63,244 nucleotides of DNA from Syncephalis fuscata S228 (taxonomy: Eukaryota > Fungi > Zoopagomycota), in contig JAHLTZ010000069.1 of NCBI GenBank assembly GCA_025786725.1, forward strand, positions 1-63,244, given 5' to 3'. A program made the position numbers and the translations under genes. Numbering within the stretch: position 1 is the stretch's first letter; each line of letters opens with the position of its first letter. The notes under the pieces were generated by a model. It did not search any database. It worked only from the letters and a program-made list of their open reading frames with translations, and was not told the DNA's origin. Below, in pieces: positions 26,936 to 38,733 of this stretch.

Positions 26936-27913
26936 TTAACGTCTCATGCTCTGAAGCTCTGTTGGCCACATGCTAATTTCAGTTTCTTGCACCGAATCTA
27001 CAGAATAAATTTTCTTTTTCAAGCTAGATTTAGTAGGAACATTTTTGGCCGTTGCTGTCTGCGATACAAAGTACAAGTTTTTGGTGCTTTCTGTGAGTAA
27101 TGTGACTGTTATAAACCTTAGAATAAGTAATGTTAACAAGAAGCGCTCATTAATGCCTCATCTTTACTTACCAATCAGCCGCGTAAAGAAGCGCATTGCC
27201 TTCTTGAGAATACCGCTTAAATTCAAAAAAAAGCATATTATATTGGATAAAATAACCAGGACCATGGTGATAATTCCATTACGAGCTAGGCGTTTCCAAC
27301 AATCATCACGATACTTTTTATAATACTTATAAATAACCGTAGAGAATACCGCAGAGCATACAGATTGCATGGAAGGTCGAGAAGAAGACGGAAGTACGGA
27401 AGATAGAAAGCAAATTTCATATAGCAACCATAACGATTGCTAAGCCTGATATCCGCGCACCACCATGCAGCAACCATATACATAAGCGCCGGTACTAAGA
27501 TGAGAAATATCCCAGTAAGATAATAGCTTGGAACGACGATATGCAAGATAGGCCCGTTCAAGAAGCATAAGATTAGTCAGTACGGTAGATATTGTCAATG
27601 AAATCACCGTGGTCCATACAAGTGCGTTGCATGATGGACCGTAAGTAAAAAAGTTGAATACTCCAAAGTACGCACTGGATAGCACTCCCGTTGTGTTTGC
27701 AATAACAGCACCACGGTGCAAGTTTATAAGGATATTTTGCTGTTATTATTCCAACTTTGATGGCATTAGTTGAAAAAACTACCGCTCCTATAATAAACGG
27801 TACAAATTGAAAATTTAAATTTGTATAACGCTGCCGAAGAATTGCTTCATTGTCATGTGCTTGCCATATATACTCAGATATGTTTATATCGCCAGCTGTA
27901 TCGTTGAACGCAT
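26936..27913 (-). CDS. 7TM-like membrane protein, paralog 2 (frameshifted)
   Basis: GDINISEYIWQAHD, GPSCNAL, LLERAYLAY, YGC, DLPCN, YRDDCWKRLARNG; intron at the same Trp codon as in the paralogs. Confidence 0.72.
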
Positions 27914-28649
27914 TGTTTTATCAGTGAATCAATGACTGTATATAGATATTAGTTGAATAGTATGGACACTTATTTAATTAGTTTGTTAATATAAAACACA
28001 ATGATAGTAAAGGTCGATTTACAAAACAGAATAGAATACGTATGTTAATATTAGATGAAAAAGGAGCACATGTACAAAGGACTTGACTGCTAGTTGAACT
28101 GCTTTTGCGTATGAGCTGCTTTATATGCTTGCATGCCAAAAACCAGTTTTTCAATAAAACCGGTTTAATAGAGCAATTCTAAAATTTAGATGACTATAAA
28201 ATTAATGCTTACTCAAGGTCTAAGCAAGTGTTGTAGTAAATTCAAATACAATAGCCAGTAGTGATACTACAGTTATGCAAGATTGGAATTCTAATAGGCT
28301 TTATTGTAAATAGTTGATATTATGCTGATAGGTCTGAGCTTTACTCTAATACACTTAGTATTAATTTTAAAATTCAATAATGGATCATTTAATGGTTTTC
28401 TAGTTTTGTCTTATTACAGCAAAACATTGAAATGATTTAGTAGAATAAATTACTTTTATAAAAATCTAAAGCACATACTTGCTGGTAAGCATAGAGGTAC
28501 AAGGCCATTGGATCACATGTCTATACTTTCCGGCTTTAATGTCTTTTGAGTGGCATGCTCTACATTAATTACCAGCATATTTGTAAACTTATAATAACCC
28601 ATTAGGTAACGATTCAACTTTAGTAATTCAATAAATACACTTGTTTTAT

Positions 28650-29630
28650 TTAGTCTCGTATAGTTGGCATTTCTGTTGGATAGATACTAAAATCGGTTTC
28701 CAGTCCAAATTCTGTTGAATAAACGTTTAGCTGCAAGTTAGGATTGACAGATGTTTTTTTACTGTTGCGGACTGCGATACAAAATACAATTTTTTTGTAC
28801 TTTCTGTAAGCAAAGTAATTGTTATTATCCTTGGTTCAGATGTGTCAATAAATGTTAAAAAGTGCGGTTATGTGAACTTACCAGTCTCCCATGTACAAAT
28901 AACTGCTGGCTTCTTCAAAAACACCGCTTAGATTTAAGAAAAAGCATAGCATGTTCGAAACGATAACTAGAACCATAGTAATTATCCCATTACGGGCCAG
29001 GTGTTTCCAGCAGTCATCACGGTATCTTTTATACTGCCGATAGATTACTATGGAGAATACTACAGAGCATACAATGTTGCACGGTAGATCTACAACAAGG
29101 CGGATATATGCCAGGTATTGGGGATAGTCCAAATAGCATCCATATCGCTCATTAAGTCTGGGAGTAGAGGACCAACGTGCGGCAATGAAATATGTAGGAC
29201 CTGGTATTACAATAAATAATATACCCAGCAAGAGAAACCATAAAGAGCGCCGGAAAGCAAGATAGGCTCGTTCGAATAGCATAATGTTGATCAAAGTGCT
29301 TGAAAAGGGAAGTACAGCTACAACTGCCCATACAAGTGTGTTGCAAGATGGACCATGGGCAAAGAAAGCCGGTGTACTAATGCCTACAGCTATTATTGCT
29401 CCTGAGATATTTGCAAAGAAACAGCACCATGGTGCAAGTTTATATGGATACTTTATGGCTATTATCCCGACGCCAATGGTATTGCGTATAAAGATAACAG
29501 CCATGGTAACTATCAACACTAGCAAATAGTTAAAATTTACATATCGTTGCTGAAGATTTGTTTTATCGTCATGCATCTGCCATATATACTCGGAGATATA
29601 TTATGTCTAAGCTATAATACGTTTAACTCA
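28650..29630 (-). CDS. 7TM-like membrane protein, paralog 3 (start uncertain)
   Basis: 232-aa ORF 28878-29576 closely matches paralog 2; second exon ITITLLTEST-like with a homopolymer frameshift. Confidence 0.75.
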
Positions 29631-31568
29631 ATAATTGGACAAGTACAGTATATTGACACATTCTATTGTTTATATATGTCTAGTATATCGTAGAATATGT
29701 ATATTAGTGTGGAATAATATAGACGTGATGTTTGTGATATAGAATATATGCGTACTAAATATATACTTACTAAATAATAATTTACAATGATGAGTATTTG
29801 ATGATTGCTGCCATTCAACATTCATAATAATATTTATAGATTGAATGTTATTAATGTTAGTTATTCATTACCAAATCATATTTATCAAATCAAAATTTAT
29901 AATAATGCTAAATGGCACACGGCCGTATGTAATTAAAGCAATAAATGAGACAAAGAAACTTTCATTAATAAATATGCAGTAATAAGGGCTGAATAAATGA
30001 CAATATAATAATAAAAAATTAAATAGCAATATTTATTAAAGATAAATAATCATGCATGTATTTATATTGGCTGCATGCTATCCGTATAATACTATTATAA
30101 AAATAACATATGTACTTAAAACTAACGACTATTTGAACTTTCAATTTCAGCATATAATAATGCAATAATAATATTTCATTGGACTAAAAGCTGACAAGCT
30201 ACTTGCCATACAATTTATATAAAATCTGTATTTTTATTAGCACCTTCACGCTCATCCCGCTATATCATATGATGCAACTACCACAATGTTTATACAAAAG
30301 CAGTACAACAAATAAAATATGATTTAATGATCTGTAGAATCTATCGGTATATTGCGGGTTTATTTTCAGCATGAGTCATACAGCATATTTTTTAAGGTTC
30401 TGCTATAATGTCAATATTATTTGAGTATCTAAAAAGCATTGGAGATTATACATAAATAGTCTACATACTTTGTAGATATTGTCGCAATATTAAATATTGA
30501 ACTTTGCTTTAAATTAGTGGCATTACTTGTACCTTACTAAATAAATCACATACAGTGTTAAATACACTTAATTCTACCAGTTTGCAGGCAGATTTACTTG
30601 AGTGTCTAATAGACGTATTTTTGTATTTGTTTTTATATTTCTATGCTAATTGTCGGATTTATGATTGCTTATGTTAGTTCCAGTATATAATTTAAAATTA
30701 AATAGTAGGGATTTTTACTTGAATGCTTCCATTCATAGGTTTATTGCTAATACTATATATGGTGGTAGGTATTTTTAGTTGATCCTTGAATAAAATCTAT
30801 ATTTGACGTCATACTATGCCATATTAAGCCAGCTATTATTATTATTCCTATATAAGTCAATTAGACCAATCAAACATTACCCACGCTGTGTTTAATATGC
30901 TCCACTTGATCTCAATGGATGTAAGCATTATTTTTAAAATATCGGAACTTAAACCAAATTTAAATGTTTAGGCAATACTCCTGCCTAGTAAAGTAATTAT
31001 TGAAAACGAGTATACCGACACATGTACACAAGGTTTTGTATAAGAAACTGTATAAAGGCATACGGTATTTAATCCACATTTGACTGGCACTATTTGATTT
31101 AATTATTCAGTCAAATAAACTTACCATTATAGCAATATACAGTGATCTGAACTTAAATCATGTAACAGTAGCAGTAATTGTATTACATTGTCAATTTTAC
31201 GCGGATAGAACAGCCAAGGTTTATGTGCTTAGCCGTATTACGCTGGTTCCCACGCTTTATATGAATTTGGTAACAGACATTCTATTTTTAATATCTATAC
31301 CTGACCAATTCAATAACCAAGTGAATTTTCTCAGCAAACTAGGATGCTTTCTAAATCGAGTAATTGTCGGTATTAATATGGCTGTTACTGTATCGGTTAA
31401 TGGCTGCATAGCTGTAGCCAGATTTACTGAAGAATTACAGTATAAATATCCAGTTAATAGGCACATCAGTTAGTTCATCACACACGCACAATTACACAAT
31501 TATCGTCGAACACACTACTTTAATCGAGCCGTTTACATACCCACATAATCTACTGCCAACTAATCAAC

Positions 31569-31844
31569 ATGAAGTTCTCTACTGCCATTATCGCCGCTGC
31601 CGTCCTTTTGGTCGCTGTTGTTTCAGTCGAGGCCAGACCAGGATTTACCAAGCCACCTACCAATGGTGCTGCATGTGTCGTTGGCGCCGCGCCCGTGGGT
31701 AATCTTGAGTGCAAGGACAATGGCGACGGTACCGGTTGCTGGGGCTGGAGATACAAATCGCCAGTAAATACTGACATAACGGCAGTTTATACAATGGCAA
31801 TCGACAGATCTTGTTTATACAGCTATATACACCCTGTTTATTAA
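31569..31844 (+). CDS. Small secreted cysteine-containing protein
   Basis: Signal peptide MKFSTAIIAAAVLLVAVVSVEA and a GC-richer coding stretch with Cys/Gly; C-terminal end uncertain. Confidence 0.65.
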   Translation: MKFSTAIIAAAVLLVAVVSVEARPGFTKPPTNGAACVVGAAPVGNLECKDNGDGTGCWGWRYKSPVNTDITAVYTMAIDRSCLYSYIHPVY

Positions 31845-32522
31845 CAGCTATTAGCTGCAATTGTTTATAATAAACTGTTTATTAAACTATGTAATGCTCA
31901 TATATTATAGCAATATGTGCTGGCCTAGTAATTGGTCGATACAAGTTATTGTGTTAAATAACATTGTAATAAGCTGAATATCGGTCAAGGATGCTATTTA
32001 CAAAAATTATATATATATATATCGTTTATTATAAAAGAATCATTGCGAGTTTTTATAACTACATAAACCTAATGATTAAGTGAATGCAATAAAAATAGAA
32101 TTATTATAGCACTAGCCATGGTGCGGTATAGCAGTTGGTTTACATTGTGCCAAGTATTAAACTGGATACTAATAAAATAATAACCGAGTAAAAATTAGTG
32201 TTCTATTTAAAGATAGACACGTGCATTTTCTTTAGCAAGCAGCAGACTTAGCATTTTTGATAAAGAAAATCCGCCTATCTAGAAGTTAATTATTGGTTTT
32301 TATACGGATATTTACATTGAGGAATGCTACCCGTCTACTACGAATATAAAAGTGGATTATACTTTAAAGGCCTATAACCAATTGCAGTTTCAGTTCCAAT
32401 GCACAGCAGCGTGTAGTGTTTGTGTTACAGTGCCCAGCACTATTATAGCCAAGACCAGAACCATTATTAATGGCGACGCAACACCTTTTTATCGTTTTCT
32501 CGTTTACGTTTTCTCTAGTGAC

Positions 32523-33986
32523 ATGGCTTCTAACAAAGAAAAATCAGGCAAACCCGCGGAACAAGCAAATAAAGCGGCGTCAACTGGATGGAATAAGCTA
32601 TTGATTATTTCACTTGTGATACTTATGCCGATACTTGCTACGTCAGCGTCCACTTTAGCACGACTGTATAAAGTTGCTGGTTTTACGCGTGACATACCGC
32701 TAACCAAGCAAAGTTGTAAACATGTCACCGAAAATAGTATGTATTAAATAATCCGTTTATTATATATGATAATTAACATCAGTTGTGTAGGACTAGAAGG
32801 TTGCGAGGATTTGGCCATACATCATCGGTCAGGTCAAGTGTTTTTGGCCTGTGGCAGTGTGGCTACTCGTCGAGCCCATATGGATTTGGGCACTTATGCT
32901 ACAAAAACTACTGATGGTCTATTTATATACGATTTAAAGGCAAGTTTATAAATGGTTTGTGAAATGATTTATCCATTTACGCAACTATTGAACGTAGACG
33001 GGTGGTTTGAAAGAAATCGCTATTGAAGGTCTTGGTGAAGAAGGCTATCACGCCTTAGGTTTCGGCATTTGGGATCCGGTGATTGAGCACGCTAAGCCGC
33101 AAAATAAACATATGGGCACAGCGCCCGAAGATACAATTGTTATTATGGCAATTAATAATCGCCGCAACGAAAGTGTTGTTGAGATTATGGAACATAAGTT
33201 GGGAACGACAAAGGCTACGGTTGTAGAGACGGCACGTCATCCGCTTATTAGCACACCAAATGGTATTTTGCCAACATCGGCGTAAGTTGATAGCAATGCC
33301 AAATACTAATCATGCTGACGGTTAAATTATAGTCGGTCATTTTATGTTTCTAACGATCTTTGGAGCCGCAAGTCAAGCGTACGTACGTTTGAAATGGCCA
33401 CTGCTCGAGAATGGAGCAGTGTCATTTACCGCCACGAAGATGGCAGTGCAATTGTAGCCGCTGATCATCTTGGTTTTCCTAATGGAATTGGTGCTAGTTA
33501 CGACGGCCAATTGCTCTATGTATCATCGTCTCATGCCTATGTGAATATCTACAAGTGTCTTCCTGATGGCAAGCTTATCTTACGCGATCATATTGATGTG
33601 CCAATCCTAAGTGACAATCTACGCGTCAATCCCATCGACGGCTCAATATTAGTTGCAGGTAAGTAGAGCATAAGCTGCTAAAAATCCATTGACTTATTAA
33701 TTAATTGATTAATTAATCGCTATTCATAGGTAATGTCAAATTCCTTGATTTTGTAAACGCTATGAAGGATCCAGACTATGCTGCTCATGGAGCCGTGATA
33801 CGTATTACCAACAATACTAGTGCCGATCAGTTCTATGGCATTAAATACAAGCAAGATGTTATATTTAGCGGCAAAACAAAGGATATTACACCACTTTCTG
33901 TGGCCGATTACAGCCCCGAGTATAAGAAGCTTTTCTTGGGTAACATTGTTGGCTCAGGCTTTGTTATTTGCGATGTGGAAATCTAA
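32523..33986 (+). CDS. Paraoxonase/arylesterase-like beta-propeller, copy 2
   Basis: GCEDL, TPNGI, FYVSND, FPNGI, SDNL motifs; intron positions match copy 1. Confidence 0.87.
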
Positions 33987-34267
33987 ATGCATGATTTGAA
34001 TTAAGTACTAGCAAAGAGACAATAAATCAATAGGAATGATGGTGGTCAATTAAGACGATGTATAATGATTAATGAATAGTAGGAATAATGAATCACTAAA
34101 TGTCCAATGTTCAATGTTATTCAGTCATATTAATAGCCATTATGTGTTTATTAGATGTATATCTAGCAAAATATAAACACAAGGCAATGGACAATAAAAT
34201 AGCAGCAGAAATAGTAGCAATAAAAGTAGGAAAGGAGAAGCAAATGTTAGTTTACGTACATTTCTGT

Positions 34268-35593
34268 TTATATTAATTTCACTTTCATTTCTGAACGTGG
34301 AACAATTGTCGGTAGGATGCCCATCGTCCAGTTTAGCACATAGTCGTTGTTTTTGCCGAGACGGCATAAGCGCAGATACTCGCAGAATACAATGAAGACA
34401 TAGCCGCCCAAAGCAGTTAGTAAGTGCCACCACGCGTGCAGTTGTAGCAAACCGTTCCATGGTTCACCGATAAAGACACGAGTGGCGCGAAGTTGCGAGC
34501 AAAAGTTGTTATCGATATTCCAAGCCAGGAAGCCAAGGCCGTAGGCACCCCAGCTAACGCTAAAAAGACGTCGCAATTGCTGCTTAGTAGCAGGGTGGAC
34601 TGTCAATCGACTAAATGCTTGGGCTGATTTTAAAGTTGTAATTACGGTGAGCACGCCATAGCAGAACTGATAGTAAAGCGGATCGTTGACAAATAAATAA
34701 GTGCCCATGATAAATACTGAGACAGCAGCTAAACTTAACGGTAGCAGTCTGCGTCTTTGTTGTGACATTTTATCCGTATCAAACCTATAATAAAATATTA
34801 AAGGTCTATTGACTAATCGTGTTCAGTAGTAGCTTACATCAAATACAACAGCATACTTGTTGTAACAACCACTGTTCATTATTAAAGGGTGCTATGTTTA
34901 GTATATAGTATTATTAATAGTAGATCACTTACTTGGCAACTCATCCATTAATTGCAATTCATAAAGCAATGTCATGTGAAATCCACATCTGTTACAATAG
35001 AGTAGTAATAGATATATTAAATATTATTATCATCGTAACAATGGGTAAACTCACGATCCAATACCAATCACCATATACGAGAGGAACGTAAGGGCAAATC
35101 GTTTTTCTAATTTTAGTTTCTGCGCAATATAGATACCATAGAGCGCAAGAAGAACTAGATGTAGCCATTAAAGTAACAATAGCAAATAGGAAGGTGGTTA
35201 GCAATAGTAGCGGAAATAGTCGTCATAGTAGTCGATTAGTCATCGCTACTTACTAAATAGGCCATTGGTTGTCGTATTGTAGAATTCGGCAATGTATTTG
35301 CACACGGCGTAGTTCTCCTGTAAATGAAGGCACAAATCGCGCTCTATTAGTTTTACCGTGACCGATTGGGCAATTGTCCTGTCGTTGTCCTACCTCGCAC
35401 CACTCGATATTAGCCGTTCTAAATAAGTACAAGGCATTGTTTAAATCATTGAATATTAGTCATCGAACATCATACTGTGTGTCTGCATCCTCTCTCTCTT
35501 TGTCTCCCTGTCTATTGCCTTTGTAACTTCTTGTGGCCACACTTACCGCTTGCCCCAATAGCCATGGTTTGTGGCGTTTAAGCTTTCCATCAT
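34268..35593 (-). CDS. Alkaline ceramidase (YPC1/YDC1/ACER3 family)
   Basis: GYWG, EWCEENYAVCKYIAEFYNTTTN, FHMTL, LMDELP, LQLHAWWHLLTALG. Confidence 0.92.
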
Positions 35594-36269
35594 GTAAAGA
35601 TGCATAGCGACGACAATAATTATTTACACCCAAGTACAATGTGTGTTAATAAGCCTATAAGCAAGAAGAGAAAAACAATAGTTTACTAGTAGCAGCAGCA
35701 GCAATAATTGATAAACAAGTACAAGTTATAGGCAAAATAAACACAATAGTAGTCAAGTTGAGCGTAGTAGTGAAATTTTGTTGGTTTATTAACTACGTGA
35801 TGGTATGCGTAATTTATAAGACATTTATAGGCAAAATAGCAAACGAAGAGCGCTTGGCGATTGAGACCAAGTTTCTCCCTCCTTGTATCACCGCCATTGC
35901 AAAAGACCTGCACCCATCATAACCATAATGGCAATAACAAGCAAGGTAATGCCGGAGATGAGTAATAGCGAGAGTTAATGGGCCGCGTCACCATCATCAC
36001 CGCTACGCAGTATAATTCTGCCGATAATTGAGATGCAGCATCAACTTTACAAAAAAAGCAGTCCAACCAACCCCCACGACTCATTCGTATGCAGTTCACA
36101 TCCATGTGCCTATACTTTTGGCAATGCAAAGTCTACATATCTACATGTATAGCGGGTATACGGCCACTATTCACACTGCTCCTCATCCGCAGTCCGATTC
36201 TTTTTGGATAATGATATCATAGATAGGACGATACCGTTAGTAATTAAGGAAAACTTTTTATTTTATTTA

Positions 36270-37984
36270 CTAGCCGATGGCTCTTGCCAAATCATCCGGC
36301 GGATATTTTGTTTGGGAAAAGGTCATTAGCCGTTTAATACATTGGATCCACTTGCGCTGTGTCTCGTCGTTTAAAACATCTAAATCAGGTGGTTGGTGTT
36401 AAGGTGTAAATAACAATAAATTGATAGAAACACTATCATCGCTATCAATAATATGTTTTACTATTGATAGTGGTCATAAAACAATGATTTGTATAAAGGA
36501 TACGTGCTACTTGACTTGCAAAAATCTTTTCTCGGGCCGACCGTTCGTGAATACTAATTAACAAAATGTTAGTCATAATATTCCCATATACTCCGTACAG
36601 TCCTATCCTACCCGACCATCGTGACACCTAATTCATTGACGGTTAGTATGCCGTAAATAAGCGCTATTACTGCGCCAATCAACTTACCAATAGGCCATGG
36701 CGCATTACCAATCGATAGTCGTAAATAAGCATCATTGCTTGGAGGTAGTCTCGCTTTAGACAACAATGAACAATCTCGGTAATACGAGCCAGTACATCTG
36801 GTTCCATGCTCTTAATTTGCGTGTTAGCTATTATGTTCATCTATGTTTAGTATGTATATAATATCACCTTGTGTTTAAGTTGTTTGAAATACGGCCTTAA
36901 ATATTCTTTCGATTGCCGTTGCGTCACCGTTTGATGCTTGCCCTGGTTGCTGCGTTTTATCTCGGCTATGTAATATTAATAGCAATAAAATGGCTATATT
37001 AATAATGAATTATTCAGTCATTCTCTATCACTTACGTGGTCTAGACTCAAGTTCAATTTCCCATTCATATAACATACGCTATGACGAGCACAACAATAAG
37101 TCAGCAAATAAATGATGTCTTTGGATGGTTTGCACGCAATTTACCTTGGTCCACAGATAAATAGCACTGCACACTTTGTCTGGATCATTCTTTAATGTTT
37201 CCGGTGAGATTGTCTTCTCGTTAAGCTGGCTTGATACATCATCATGTAGCCATCTTTTGCCGCTTGATGAGGTGCTTTCACGCTGATGATGAGCATCATG
37301 ATTCATCATCTCATCTACTTTCTCTAACTGCTTCATAAAATCATTCCGTTGTCCCTATAGATCCGATATAATAAATATGATCAATCTACATTTACATGGC
37401 TTGGCTCAACCGCAGCGTAAACTTACTTCCGATCGTTCCTCGATCAACTCGAGTGCTCTTAAACGAACACGCCGTTGTTTTTCCGTCTCACCAAACAGTC
37501 GAATAGGCTCATCCTTTTTACGAAGTCGTCGTGTTACTTCGTCATTGGATAGATTGCGCAACTCATCAGTCGTACCCGTCTCTGCCTCTGCCTCTGTCTG
37601 TTACATAGTTAGAGATGCTATTTCTAGACAGTCTAGCGCAATGTTCCAAATAATACCTTGGTAGATTCCTCTGATTTACTCTTTACTTCAGACGATGAGC
37701 TACTTGACGCGGGTGACGACAGTTCCCTTGCTTTCAATAACTTTTTCTATTTAATTTTAACAATGTTTCAATACATTCAATAGTATGTATATGTATATTT
37801 ACCTGTCGCTCTTGTTCTTCCCGCGCTTGCTCTTCCAGATATGCTTTTTCGCGCTGTCGTTCTAGATCGGATCGTTTAACATACCTCTTACCGTTATTAG
37901 CTCCCTTGACAATAGTGGTACCTCCTCTAATTGCCGTTTCTTGTTTTTAATTTCTGAATTCAACAAGGACGTAAATGCATCCAT
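36270..37984 (-). CDS. PRP18: Pre-mRNA splicing factor Prp18
   Basis: PRP4-like domain (RLRKKDEPIRLFGET), [48 protein letters not shown]; some frameshifts. Confidence 0.92.
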
Positions 37985-38102
37985 AGTTGTGTATGTACGA
38001 TGAATGGGTGCGAAAGTGAGAGTGGAAGAAATATTATAATGTTATTTTGTCTTAACCGCCTTAATAATTATATAGTAAATGTTTTAGATTCCATTTATTA
38101 AC

Positions 38103-38733
38103 ATTATCATCTGATTACCACATTCTATTTCTTGCTATACACACACTACTCTCCACTCTATACCAACCACACTCTACTATCTCTTTTATTCGTTTGTCTT
38201 AAAAAATCAATATCATCATGAATCTTTCCATTGCCGTCGTGCTAGTATGTTGCAGTAACAATAAATATGTTATACTATTATGCTTACTAACAGTATTGCT
38301 AACTAATAATTATAATAGGTCGTAAGTTGTATTTATATTAACTAATTACTTACTGATTATATGTTACTGATTGATTGTATCAATAACTTAATACTAATAG
38401 GCTGTAAGTAGCATTATATATTAACTGGCTATACATTAATTATATGGTATATAATATTTTTATTTGTAAATACAGTTTTGTAATTACCTTCAAGACATCA
38501 GCATTGGTAGTGCAATCAAACCACTATTCCAATACACTATAGGTATATATTCGGTGAAAAGCAAGACCATTTGACAACTACGCCGTCCTGTCTATCCATA
38601 TATCAAGTTTTGGCCAATGCTCCGGTTTATCCAGTCTTTAATTAATGGAATCATTATTTTATCAACAAACTTGCATATAGCTGTTCCTATTCAGCTGTCC
38701 AAGTTTATAGTAATAAATCTATGGTTTCATCTT
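38103..38733 (+). pseudogene. Collapsed duplicate of the micro-exon peptide gene
   Basis: Near-identical 5' and 3' flanks to 41215-43933. Exon 1 (38218-38244) lacks 70 nt; only micro-exons GTC (38319-21) and GCT (38401-03) remain. Confidence 0.88.
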
